DNA of 64,000 nucleotides from Puccinia triticina (Eukaryota). The stretch's first letter is position 1; every line of letters starts with the position of its first letter. Position numbers and translations under genes: made by a program. The notes beneath the pieces are model-generated. The model was not told the origin of the DNA. It made no database searches and saw only the letters and a program-made list of their open reading frames with translations. The stretch is from the NCBI GenBank assembly GCA_026914245.1, contig CP110440.1, positions 3,844,001-3,908,000 on the forward strand, given 5' to 3'. Positions 11,948 through 24,825 of this stretch are shown piece after piece.

Positions 11948-14900
11948 TTCTTTGCCGCCGCCCTCCCCCGTCTCGTTCCCTGTCCGTCTTACCTGGCTGT
12001 TCTGTTGCGCCCTTCTCTCCCGCATCCGGCGCTCTTGTGGCCCGTTTTGCGCCTGCTCAAGGGGCAAAGGAGCGGCCAGTTTGTGCATGTTTGGGGCGGG
12101 TCGGGTTGTGTTAAAGTGTTGTTTATCGTCTCTGCTGTCTGTGCTGTGTCTGTCTCGCTGTATTTGTCTCGGAAGCTACAGCTGTGTCTCTCTTTTCTGG
12201 GTCTTCCGGTTCTGCTCTCCTTCCCTGCTACATTCCCTCCCGCTTCCTCCCCCCATTTCGTCCTTCTGATACACATACACACACGTCCTTGCTCTGTTTG
12301 TCCGCTTTTTTGGGGGGCACATGCACATCTTTCTCTAAACTTTGATGATCGTTTGTCTAACCAAGTGTGTTTTGTTAGCTGTTGTTGTTTAGAAAAACTC
12401 GGACATTAAACTTTCATCTTGTCTTTAATAAGCTCCAGTCTCATTAGATAATCACGTCTCGTCTCTCATTCATTATTAATTTGTTGTTATGTATCCACTG
12501 TGGACTCTTTTTTTCTCTGGGGTTTTGGGTGTTAGGGTCTACCGCTTATAATTTGGCTCGCATTTCTATTAGGCTACACCCATAGATGCATAAATAGATG
12601 CATAGATCTTATTTTGATTCATATGTATTTGGTCAGCTAAAATCAGGTGTTTAGATTTAGACAAACACGAGCAATCATGCATAGAAATGATAGAAACACT
12701 CTCATGCTTGCAAGCTTGCGGTAAGCCTATCCAATTACAGAGGGTCTGAAGTTAAGTTAGCCTTTGGCCCAGTAGCCGCGAGGGACGTGGTTAAAGTCTG
12801 CCACACTGGGAGATACCGGGTCCCCCCTGACTTACAAACAAAGGCCCGCGCGGCTATTGGCCGATGGCTTGCCGGACATCGGAGTGTGTCCTCGAGAGAC
12901 TCGTGTTAAGTTAGGGAGGCTACCATTAGCCTAAGTAAGCCTCTCGAACGGAGGGACCCCCACGTCCCGAAGGGTTCGGAGGTCGCGCTTCGCGCCAGCC
13001 CAGGCTGTTGTACCAGGGCCCTCCGGAGTCCGAAGTGGGGGACTTGTGTTAAGTTAGGGGATAACACTAGTCCCCCATTCCGGAGGGCCCTGCACAGCCT
13101 GGGCCGGCGCAAGCGCGACCCCTCTGCCAACGGTGGGCCGCTACGCTAAACTAGCGGTAGCGGCCGCTATCTGATAGTGTAGTATCAGGTAATTTCCAGA
13201 GATATTTGGGAGTTTCAGTTGAAGCTGAAATAATCTAAATTACTGGAGAGTTCAGTGGTTTTTTCTGCCTTGAGATTCATGGTAGTTTTAGCGTCAACTA
13301 CAAGGCGTTAAACTGTTCCTTAGCGTAGAATTTTTTCGCTATCCAAATTTTCTTTCCATTTCAGCTCAGTTTTTTTCCTGCTACACTACGCTACACTTGC
13401 ATACTTTACTCTGCTACACTTGCATACTTTACCCCGCTACACTGCAGACTGAACTACGCTACACTGACTATTGTAGTTGCTCTAACTTACCAATCTAAGA
13501 CCCGCTACCTCGGATTCAGCGCACAATGTATCAGGTGCTGTGATCTCCGCAGCGGGCACATGCGGGTGATTAAGAATCGGAATCGAACACGCGTGTCTTC
13601 AAAAGGTTATCATGTCAGAATCACCCGTCCTGACTGCTATGCTATGTCAACTTGCTTATCACTCCAGTCACTCAATTACAAACCAATCGTCTACATGATT
13701 CATATCAGTAGTTGTGTTCTGTGGCTCAAATTGGGTATGTACGTTTGTACATGTGTAGATACATAATATTCCATTCCCACTTAGCCGCTGCGGGGAGGTC
13801 TGGCAGGGGGTTTCCAGCATGCGGTCCCTTGCGGGTTGCGCGTGGCTCAATGCACCACCACACCTTGGTTGACGCTGCGGAGGGCACCGCGATGCTCTCT
13901 CTTAGTCATCTGCTCACTTTTGAGAGTCCTGGAAGTCAGGGAGTAACTTCACCAGACTCTTGTGTGTGGTTCGGGGGAGGATTGGTCCCCGATCCTTTGT
14001 GCTGCGCTCTTGTGGTTCTTCTCTTTTTTAAAGTCCCCTGGGAGTGGGGAATCGACAGGGAGAAGTTCCTGAGGGAGGAGAAGGCAGTGGACCGGATCCT
14101 CCCGGAGCAGAAAGTCCCCGGAGGGTGAGGGCAAAGGCGCTAGACCCCACGCGTGAGCGTGAGTGCCTAGTCCTCGTTTAGACTTGTGTAGGGCGGGTGG
14201 GCAGTCGCGAAAAGGCTTTGATCCAAGAGGGGTAGACTAGAAGGGACTCGGGAATGGGAGGCTCGGAGAGGAAAGAGCGGGCTCGAGGAGTCTCAGACCC
14301 CGAGAGTTCTGAGGGGATGCAGGCAACCTCCCCAGGTCCCTGTAAAGCCCTGTACGCCGCTATCTCCGCCGTCGCTACATGTACATGGCCGCACTACGTG
14401 CTTGTGGCTTGGCGTGTACAGGGAGGGGCTGGACAGTTCGATGGACTCCACCGACCTCCCGTGTAACAAGAACAAACCAGGGGAGGCCCCTGAGGCTGAC
14501 ACACGAATGGAGTGAAAAAATAAGTGCGCAAAGCCAGGTTTGCTCACCTTGTTCTCTCACCCCTTCGCTCACCTCGTTCTCTCACCCCTTCGCTCACCTT
14601 GTTCTCTCACCCCTCTCGCTCACCTTTGTAAGCTGTCAAGTAGAGCTAACAACTCGCTTGACACCAATCTTGCAGGCAAGAGATTCAAGAGCAAGACCCG
14701 AGAAGCAGCAGCAGCATCAAATCGAAAGACTTCAAACAACGGTAAGCAGATAGACAACTCAAATTCCAAGTGGACTGATCACTGACTTCAAATGACCAGA
14801 CAATATCGGCGACGCTCTCCTATCGCATCATCTAAGCTAGGCCAAATCAAGGTTAAAAACCTGGCCCAAGTATCAAGTAAGTTATCATGCTATTACCACT

Positions 14901-15218
14901 GTTAGCGATGCAGCAGACCCGCTAACAGAAAACCCAATTGTTCAACTCCGCTCGCTCACATCTCCTCGTTTACCTCTGCTTGCTCACATCTCCTCGCTCA
15001 CCTCCGCTTGCTCAAATCTGCTAGCTCACCTCCAATCTCTCAAGTCTGCCTGCTCACGTCCGTTCGCTCGACCAGCTAAGGTTAAGTTCATTGAAAAACT
15101 TGCAAACTGCTAAACTCAAATTCTTTTCTTATGATACACTGCTAATGGCTAGCTATTCCCTTCTTGCAATTCACCTCATCTACTGAATCTTAGAAGCAAA
15201 AAAGGCACCAAGACCAGG

Positions 15219-16612
15219 ATGACGAGGGCCCACAACAAGCGGTATGATGTACTTTTCCTTACTTACATCAACAAGTTGCTGACTTACCTCCTCCCGTTTT
15301 CTTCTTCTACTTTGATCCATTCTCTGCCAATTGTTTTTGATACCATTATTCTACTTGGTGGTATGTTGGATGTCGGTGGTTGAAAATCCTACTGGTGACC
15401 GGCATATCACACAGGAACCATAATGCTTCAAAGCGACTGTCAAAGAATCGGAACAAAGCAAAGAAAAAAGCTGAGGAGCATGCGGCTTTCCAACAAAAAG
15501 CTATAGGCATTGATACACCCGAACGACTCCACAATGCATTTCGATGGCAGCGTGTCAAGTTCCGGCTTCTCAATCTTTATCCTTTGATCCCACTGGACAA
15601 AAAAAATGATCCAACTCGTCCACCTACCAACAAAGAGATCGCAGCAGCCGCCAAAACCGTCAGGGATTCCTTCTTTCTCTTAAGATCTGGCTGATCGGTG
15701 ATACGGGACCCCTTAGATAAAACTTCACTTATTGCTATAATTGAATTCACGCCTTGGAATGAGTTAACCCCTGAAGAAATCGACAACTTAAACTTCCTTT
15801 CCACTTTTCTACACAACTCAAAAAAGTTTATAAACAAGGTTTCTTCTTCTAAACGATTCTGGGGTGGCCTCATGTGGGCCATTGGCTGGAGGAAATCATA
15901 TGACTTCATGCAAATCATCGGCAGATATATCAAAAAATTTACTCCTGCCAAAGCAAAAGCTTATAATGCTCATTTTGAACAGTCCTCCCGTGCTGGAAAG
16001 ATTATTGGAGACTATTTTAAACAGCTTGGTTCGGTTCCTTTTGCATCAAATCAAGATATCATGAAAAAATACAACCTTCCTTCTTTTGACTCCCTTTCTT
16101 TTGGTGAAAAACCCAAGGATTCTGATTGTTCCCCCCATATTACTTTCACTACAAATGGTTTTTTCAATGCTCCCCATACCGATAAAAAAGATGTCTCTGA
16201 ATACGCCTTTGCCTTATTTCTTCCTACTTTCTCTGCTACTGGTGCTTTAGCTCCTCCCAATTCTCAGTATGATGTTACTTCTGGCCCTTTTGTCTTTCCC
16301 AATTACAAAATTGGTCTCAATTTTGATTATCAGCATGGTATAGTTAAAATGATATGGAAGGCCAACCGATATAAACATTGTACCTTAAAGCCTTCCCCTA
16401 GTTCTGTCTTCACCCGCCTTGGAATGTCACTCCAAATTAACTTTCAACTTCTAAACGCTTGTAAAAAGAACATCAAAGGCCATTACAAAGATTTCCGTCA
16501 TTACTTTGGTGATCATTTTTATTACATGTTCCGTAGTTTAGGAAAAGCTGCTTTGTTAGCTACTACTTTGTTATACTTCATTCTTTTTTCCTTCATCAGC
16601 ATGTTTCCATGA
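15219..16612 (+). pseudogene. TET/JBP-like 2OG-Fe(II) dioxygenase interrupted by an in-frame TGA (copy 1)
   Basis: HxD in FFNAPHTD (16175-16183), distal His in IWKANRYKHCT (16376) and Arg in TRLGMSLQ (16415) fit a double-stranded beta-helix 2OG oxygenase. ORFs 15380-15694 and 15698-16612 are in frame, separated only by TGA 15692-15694. Probable exon 1 15219-15241 and intron 15242-15414. Confidence 0.75.
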
Positions 16613-17743
16613 AAAATTTCACATTATATCTCCATGAAAAATTTCACTTACTATAATTACTCATTGGTTCAACTTCAAGTTAACACAAGACACACAAAAT
16701 AAATCCATTTTGCAAATTTGGGCTGAAGAGGATCAACTTAAAACTTGCTTTGACCCAGTTCAGTGAAAACTGAAAGGGTTCAATTTGAAAAGGCTGGAAT
16801 ATTGTTGGGGAAATTTGTTTCTGTTTGCATATCATTCAACTCATTTTAAGATCTTTTGATTTGTATGTATGCTTTATTTGGGAGGAAATCAATTGTGGAA
16901 CCAAACTCTTGGTGGTACTGAATTGGATCAGATTGATAATTAATTTTGACAATGATGGGTAACACCAATACTGGTGTCACAAATCAGCAAGAAACAGAAG
17001 ACATATAAACCAGAAACAAAGTCCATATGTTTCTTCAATAAACTATTGTATTAATGCTCTTTAGGCTGAAAATTATAGCAAGAAAATGGCTAATTTTTTG
17101 GTGTGGTAAATAAAACCATAATTTCAGAATCTGTTGACTCATTTCATATTATTATTTCTTTTGAAATTTACACAACTTCCTGAATCCTGATTATTGTGCC
17201 AAAACAAGATAAATAAAAATGGTTCATCAGATAAATGAATAAAGTGGTTGAACTCATGGAAATCTGGTTTTGTGGATGAACTCCTGTCAAACCTGTGGGC
17301 AAAGCCCAATTTTTCTGCAAATATCTAGAGAAGAACTATATTGGTAAAAATTTAATGGAAAGAATTTTTTACATAAAACCATAAACAGCAATTTTGGCTG
17401 GGAGATTTCACTTTAAGTTTTATGCAGGCTGACATCTCCCAGCCAAAATTGGTCTTATGATTTTATGTAAACCGTGACATATGCAATTTTGAACATCATA
17501 AAGGTAACCAGATCCAATTGAAATTCGATGTAGAATGGATTTCATATGCATGCAGCATGCATATTCTGGCTTACTTGGTACTTACCACTCATATGGGAAC
17601 CCGCACAAACATCCAAAAAACCATCCAACAGATAAAAAACTTTGTTACCCAATACCATCCCTCGTACTCTAAAAATACTTTATAACACTGAAAGAAACAT
17701 TTGATCATTAACAAAACAATCAAATCCATATTCTCTTGAAAAA

Positions 17744-20700
17744 ATGTCTAAGCAAACAACTCCAATCCCAACGTCAAACCAAGGAGGATATCAAAGTGAT
17801 ACAAGCCAGCAGTTAACACGTCGTTCCTCAAGAGTTACAACTCCTGTCCAGCGGTCTGGAATGGTCCGGCAATCCTCAGATTCACGTTGTTCAATCAACC
17901 AAATTGGTCCAAATATTCAGTCGAAAAAGCGAAAGGATCCTCAATCTGATTCCAAAGGTGGCTCCCCAAGTGCACCTGTTTCTCGAAATAAAAAGGCCAA
18001 GACAACTACAAATAAAAATCCGGAAGCATCCCAGTCCTCCGTGAAAAGTACAGCCGAAACGTCTAAGAATAAGCAGCCGGTGATTGATCTTGCTCAAGAC
18101 TCCAATGGCGAAAATTCTAAAGCTCGGAAGAAAGGAAGGGACAGCACCTATGACAAACCACTGCTGTTTTTTGGTGCTCCTTACCGTCTCCCAAACGATG
18201 TAAGTCCTTATTTAACATAAAAGGTTCAAAATTATATCTAATTATCATCATTTCCAGAGCGCCGATGAAGGACCACAAACGTATGACTGCTTGTGGTGTA
18301 AGAAGCCTATCCGAGTCTCCCGGGGTACCTTGTCGAATCTAAAAACCCACTGTGACAGATCTTCTCAAGAAGGAAGGTGCCCAGTTGGATGTCGAAATCG
18401 CCATAAAGCAATTGCTGATGGAGATAAGCTTCCACCAACAGTGGATGAGTTACGGATACAGCACAAAAACAAAAGGAAAACTGGAAAGATTACCAACCAT
18501 TTTGCTCGAGTAGAAAAATTCAATAATGTTACGCTCAACCAGATCATTACAATGTGGCTTGTTCGTCAAGCACTCCCTTGGAATCGTGTCGAAGACACAT
18601 ATCTCCGTGCCGCATTCAACTACTGTGAAGCATCGGCGATCTTGTTCAAGCGCAAGTGGGCAGCTACTTCGGCAAGAGAGTTATACTTGGAATTACAAGA
18701 TTCTATGTTGAACCGCTTGAAAGTGCGTATTTTATTCAAAGTTTTCCCTTTTCAAGTTGGGATTGTGTATTGAATCTTTTTGTGATAAATTACTAGGCTT
18801 CCAATAGCAAGTTCAATCTGGTACATGATGTATGGACAACCAAAGGCAACCGCCATGGTTTTATTGGTGCTTCTGTTTCATTTATCGACAATCAGTGGAA
18901 TTATGTAGTACTCCATTTGAGTATGAAATTAGTTGCCTGGCATCATAAGGGAAGCTTGTTGGCCGAACCAATTGTCAACATCTTGAAAAAGCACAATCTT
19001 CAGAATAAAATAAGTTCTTTTCAACAGTTTTCTGCTGACGTATAAATGCAAAAAAAAACTAATTTATCTTCTTTGCATTAATTTACATGCTTTGCCAGAC
19101 TACAGATTCAGGATCAAACAATAATACCATGGCCGAAAAGATGCACAGTAAATTGCGCCTCATAGGGAGCGATCTTGAATGGGATTATGCAACGATGCAT
19201 ATCAAATGCTTTTGTCATAAGATGGCGTTGGTGGTCAATGCGGGTTTGTGGGAGTTGGGTATTGAAGCTCCACCTCCACCAAAAGTCAAGAAAGCGTTCC
19301 TTGGTTCTTTTCCCTTTCCCGATATAATGGAGAAAATAGCGGAAGAAGATGAAGAAAACGCCAACGATGAGAATAAGGTGGTCGACAGCGAATCCGATGG
19401 AGAAAACAATCCAAAGGAGCTTGACGAATACGAGGAAGATATGGTTGATGAAGACGATGAGCCAGATGAGCAAGAGGAAGAAGAACAGACCGATCCAAAG
19501 TATATGTCAAGAAATAAAAATACAAAATCAGCCGCTAATCAAAACAAATCTAACGAGTTGAACGAATTAACCAAGGCGGTGAGAATACTTTTCAATTTTA
19601 TGTATAAAAAAAACTGTACTGATTTTATTTTTGATACTAGTTGGATTTTGTGATACTGAAAATAACTGGCTCTAGCGCATGGAGGCAGGAATTTGAGCGA
19701 CGTGCTGCTGGAAAAGGATTGCAAACTCTGATTGCTGGTTATGGGATTCGTTGGAATATCAAGTATGAAAGTAGAAGGCGTGCATATGAAGCAAGAGATG
19801 TATGTCATAAAACTCAGACAGATTTGAATACTTTATTCACATATTATTTTGCAGGTTATCGATGAAATGCTCTGTGCCAAGTATGTCAAATTTCAAGAGA
19901 AAATTGCCCGAGAAAGCCGTAAAGACAATCGCAAAAAGTATGGTCACTTCAACGAGATACAATTTGCCAAAAAGGAGTGGCTGCTGATTGCTCAATTAAA
20001 TGACGAGTTAGAAGTGAGAAATTTTTCAACTCTTATCCAATTTACTTAGTTTGTTTTGTTGATGTTATTTTTTTTCAGCCTTTTGACCGTCTTACAAAGA
20101 TGATGGAAGGTGATGGTCCTACCGGTCCTTATGTTCTTCCAAACTATTTTCAAACCATTTCTGATTTGAAGAACAAGGATGAGCGATGTGGGCGAGATGA
20201 TGCATTGCATCCAATGTACATCAAGATGATTGAAAAATTAAAGGTTTACAAAGACGAGGCACTAGGATGTGAAACTTTGGTAATGGCGACTCTCCTTCAC
20301 CCTAGTTTTTGGTTAAAATTATTATCCAAGTGCTGGCCGGAAAAAAGCGGGGAGGCTCAAGCTTTGTTGGAGCGACACTTTGCGGCGAGGGAAGCTTTGT
20401 TAAAAAGAGAAAGTGACGACATTGAGGTTTTGGACAAAGATAAAGAAAAGCCCAAGGAAGTTGTTAACAAAAATATCTTTGACGAATTCAATTCTACTGC
20501 GGCGGCTGCAGAAAGCAAGGAACTCAAGCTCTACCTCAAGAACATGGATTGTTTTGCAGCCCCAAATTCCAAGGATCCCGTGAGTGCTTTGATATGGTGG
20601 AAGGTATGTTTCTATTTGAATTTACTTGATTTCAAAGTTTTACGACTCATGAAATTCCATATGTGACTTTCAGGATCATTCAAGCACGTTCCCTGTCCTA

Positions 20701-20937
20701 TCATCGTTAGCAAAGGACTACCTAGGTTGTTCTGCATCATCTTGCGCGGCCGAGCGTACATTTTCTTCGGCTGCCGATGTCTGCACCAGTGGTCGGGGAA
20801 GATTGATACCACGAACGATAGAACGATGTGTCAGTAGTCATATGTGGCTCAAAGCGGGATTGAAAATCACTGGAAAATTTGAAAAGGCGCAAAACATTGT
20901 CACGGCTTTCACCAACCATTTTGATAAAGATCTATAG
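17744..20937 (+). CDS. hAT transposase, 8 exons, ~910 aa, open reading frame in copy 1
   Basis: Exons 17744-18199, 18258-18722, 18797-19009, 19087-19578, 19641-19799, 19855-20013, 20079-20603 and 20674-20937. BED-like CLWC..NLKTH; DDE residues in HDVWTT, TTDSGSNN and AAERTFS; CxxH (CFCH); IRWN; WWK...FPVLSSLAKDYL C-terminal hAT block. Confidence 0.9.
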
Positions 20938-21234
20938 AAAGCAAGTAAATGAATTTTTCATTTTGTTTTTGCTCAATTAATCAAAAAAATAAATAAACAT
21001 GTGCTTCCTATTCCTAATTTCTTTCCCATCTCAAAAAATACACGATATCACACATTCCCTCAAAATCTATCACATATACACGACTTAGATTACCAAGTAG
21101 AAAAAATATTGAATACAACAACTATACGCCTTTGGCTTTATCAAATAAAGTTATTCAACTTTCTCTGTCAAGTTCTTGACACTACATCTCCCCCATGACA
21201 GAACCCAGTGAACTGATGCAAAAACTCCACTGAA

Positions 21235-21699
21235 TTGCGCTACACTTCCGCTAAACTGTGCTAAAACTCAGCTAAACTATGCTACACATGAGCTAAACTG
21301 ACGCTAACTTGGGTGCTACATTAATAACTACTGTAGCTGAAAAAAACTACACCGTTTTTTAGTGTAGCTGATGATTGTGCTACACTGAAAGGTAGCGTAG
21401 CTGATGATTGCGCTACACTGAAAGGTAGTGTAGCTGATGATTGCGCTACACTGAAAAGTAGTGCAGCTGATACCTACGCTACGCTGACTAAACAGCATCT
21501 ATCGATGAAAGATGTTAGCGTTAGTTCTCTTATTTAGGTCTAAACTAACGCTACGCTACCAGTTTTTTTTTAAATAATTTATTTTGTTAGTTTTTAGTTG
21601 GCTAAAATTGGCGCTACAGGTAACTTTTGTGTAGATTAGCGTAAAAATACTACACTAAACTACGCTAAAAACTAAAAGTAGTGTAGCGGCCCACCGTTG
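21235..21699. repeat. hAT right subterminal repeats, including a 30-bp tandem x3
   Basis: GTAGCTGATGATTG(C/T)GCTACACTGAAA units at ~21364-21470, plus many GCTAC/GCTAAA motifs mirrored at 13128-13510. Confidence 0.8.
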
Positions 21700-22876
21700 C
21701 CTCTGCAGTGATGTCGAAAATCAATTTTCCAGCTAGGAGTAGGTAAAGGAAAGAGGAGCATTGCTTTCAAAACTTGAGGAATCACGTTCCGGTCAGTGTG
21801 ACCAAATCAACTCACTGTAGTTTTAAATGTCCACCGCTCGATCAATCCGCATCCCTCGATCAGTCCGCTCTTCCAGTTCCTTCAATCGGTGCTTTTGGCC
21901 TTGGTCAGTCGCCGCGAGTACAAACAGTTTTTCGCTCCGCAGGATTGTCAGACGACTTTCGGACTTGCAGGTGCCAGAGTTGCAGTAGCCTACTTGAGGC
22001 CCATAGACAAACGTAAACATCACACTTCACATGTAACTTAGGGTCTTTCCTTTTTTACATTCTGATCAAACGAAGAGTTATGATTGTCTGCACGTGGCCA
22101 TACCTAACTTATCCAATCCCCACCCTCCTACCCGTGGAGTGGTAACCGTAAAACACTGGTCGCAGTGCGCCGACCGGAGGCGGGACAGCGCCCCTCCTCA
22201 AAAAAACAGAGGGTCGTTTATGTTAACCGCTACGACTCCGAGGAAGGGAGAGACTCGCCGAAGTTATTGAAGCCCCCAAAGCTGCAGTGCCACCTCTTGC
22301 CAGGGCTAGCGGCGATACCAAGCGACGCATCTTACATGAGCGGCAACCGCATCGCACCCGGTTAATCGTGTTACCTGTACATACACGGTAGATTTTGTTG
22401 CAAACTCTCTTTCGTCTCGAAAGCTCCATAATTATTTGTTTCTCTTTTTTTCTAAACCTGGTGGAGTTTGCGCATACATAGCGCCGGCTGCTGGAGCCGC
22501 TCGCATTAACGCAGGCAAGAGCATTTGTTCGGGGTGGAGAGATGTTTACTACATCGTCCAGGAAAAGTCTCCAGCTAGGACTGAGTGGAACGAGCTGAAC
22601 CTTTGGTGGGCGTTTGTACGCGCTTTCTTTCCGAGACCTCAGCATCGCCAACTCGCGACTATTTGTACTCAATATTGGGGAGAGCAGCACTGAGTCCTGT
22701 ATGGCTCACAGGCATTCTTATTTAACAGCGGTGCTTCCCCCTAGAGTAGCATTCGCAATCATCCCTCCCCCATCCCTAGCAGAGAATACCACTACAATCT
22801 CCGACAAACCCTTCGAGCCTCTCAACCCCCACCTTCCAAGTTTCCCTTAGCCTCTAGCTTACAATCTCCGCGCTCC

Positions 22877-23723
22877 ATGACAACCTCTAAGAAAGACGTG
22901 AAAATCGCGAAGAATTTGCCTTCGATGAAGGGGAAGATGCGTAAGGTCCAGGAGGACGAATCTGACTCAGACGAGTCCTTCCACTGTTGCGGACGGCCTG
23001 AGGATCTGCTTGAAGATGCGCGCTCCTTAATGGAAAAACCTGAACCGCAGACGAACGAAGTTCATGTGCCAGATGACCAAGCCTACTATCTCTATTCCGC
23101 TGGCCTTGAAAGGCTGAATTCCCCCAGCGGCAGCAATGGTCCCAAACGGCGATCCCTCCCATCTATTCACGAGTCCGAAGCAACTTCATCGGTCTACTCC
23201 GCGGATACCGACTCCACCCGGATCGGAAGCCCTCTCCTCATCATCAAGACTGGCGAGGTAGTCGTGCAACCCTCTGTGCCCGAGATAAGGTAAATAATAC
23301 GCTAGCCCCTTCCGCGTGGGGCATAGCCCACCGACTATGTTTTCGAGATTACTAACCCGTTCTTTCGGGGATGTCAACAGTCCTCTTCGCTTGGAATTCG
23401 CCCACCCGAATAGCCCACCTACCGGCACGGTCAAGCCAAGAAGCAAGCCGAAATGGACGATCCAAATCCCCCGGCCCCGAAGCTTCATCAGAATGGCGAT
23501 CAGTCCCACCGACGATTCTCCGCGAAGTCCCCGGCATCCTTTGTCAGCCCTGCAAGCCTCCTCAGCCCCCCTCACGCCACCTACCCCGTCCCCACTCCCA
23601 TCCATAATCTCTCGTCGTCGCCGCGGGATGATCCTCAATCCGAATAGCCTTCCCGACGAGTTGAAGGAATTGGCCGAAACTCAATGCTCAGATCTAGTCC
23701 TCCAAACCAACAACCCAGCTTGA
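22877..23723 (+). CDS. Hypothetical Ser/Pro-rich protein, two exons (~250 aa)
   Basis: Intron 23290-23380 (GTAAAT...ACTAAC...CAG, 91 nt) joins ORFs 22877-23293 and 23316-23723 in frame. Confidence 0.6.
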
Positions 23724-24825
23724 ATTATTTGATTCTTTACTCCTGGCCATCATCTTAACTCCCAGCTAAATAACTTTCGGCTTTCTGTGCCGCTCACTTT
23801 CTTCTCGTCATCACGCTAGCTTCCTTAAGATACATTACGTCTTTCTGTTCCGCTCACTTTATCATGGTCATCAGGTTAACAGTCAGTTACCTAAGAATAC
23901 TTTTCGTCTTTCTGTTCTGCTCACCGTACATCGTGTTCGCCACGTATATCTTCAATTCGTCTTTCTGTTCCGCTCACCTTCCATCGTGTTCGCCACCTAG
24001 ATCTTGAATTATTCCTTCTGTTCCGCTCACTTTCAAATCCACGTGAAAGATATTCCTTACATTATTCATAACTGCATATTTATATCTGTTAATTATCGAA
24101 ATCTGTGCAGCTTAAGCTTGAAAATGCATGTACCATCAGCTTCACAGGTCATGTCGTCAAGAAATAAACAGCAAATCCCTCAGAAATTTGAGCAGCTACA
24201 TCAGCTTTATCAAGTAATCATCAGTAGTCCCAAACCCGCCATCTCTCTTTTCTTTACCTGTAAAGGGTCATCGCATATGGTAACAAGGAAATAGTGTGTC
24301 TTACGTTCTGAATATTACAGTCTAGGTATCATCAATCAACGCCATCTAGGCAGAGAAATCTTGCTCTGGTCACAAGAGTTGCTATCTTTCCAGATGACTG
24401 TGCGAGAACTTGTGAGATTCACACTCCTCATTTCTATCCAAGGAATCATGCATTGCAAGTTGAAAGGAGCCGTAAAATATTATCAGCACGAGGCCAAGAC
24501 CTCGTGTGCCAGAGCTTCCAACGTGAACCTCCCAATACATTTTGAGGAAACTCGCTGAGTCTGAAAAAGAAGATTCCAGACTTGATTTTTCAATGATTAT
24601 TGCAATGCAATCTGTGGACAGCTTCATTCACAGTTTGGATGACTGCGTAAGAGCAGCTCCTCCGCGTTTGGTGGGTCAAAAGAGGAAACCGAGAATCGCC
24701 CCGAGACACCCGAGATCGTCGGAGTCGGGTTTCTAGGCCGTCCCTCTCCCCCCGTGGCTGAAGTTCTGAAGTGTGTTGATCGAGAAGAAACAAGCACCAC
24801 TTCCGAGCGAAACACATCTGGAGAG

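Larger units (their letters stand above)
13128..21699 (+). mobile_element. hAT DNA transposon, copy 1 (8572 bp), carrying a TET-like dioxygenase gene
   Basis: TIR CAACGGTGGGCCGCTAC (17 bp perfect; 21 bp with one mismatch). TSD CCTCTGC at 13121-13127 and 21700-21706. GCTAC-rich subterminal repeats at both ends. Internal hAT transposase. Confidence 0.95.

Noticed and set aside
9848..12409. Many overlapping and antisense ORFs in the kinesin locus
   Set aside because: Shadow ORFs of GC-rich coding sequence.
12738..13126. Possible MITE with CAGAGGG ends that received hAT copy 1
   Set aside because: The TIR is very short and I found no matching TSD.
21364..21470. CRISPR-like repeat array (also the 35-kb and 56-57-kb arrays)
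   Set aside because: No unique spacers, eukaryotic context and no cas genes; these are TE subterminal or tandem repeats.
23290..23305. Apparent 16-nt GT-AG micro-intron that restores the frame
   Set aside because: A canonical 91-nt intron (23290-23380) with an ACTAAC branch point restores the same frame.
23780..24032. Repeated CTTTCTGTTCCGCTCAC motif, about 5 copies
   Set aside because: A degenerate minisatellite in a probable 3' UTR; no function can be supported.
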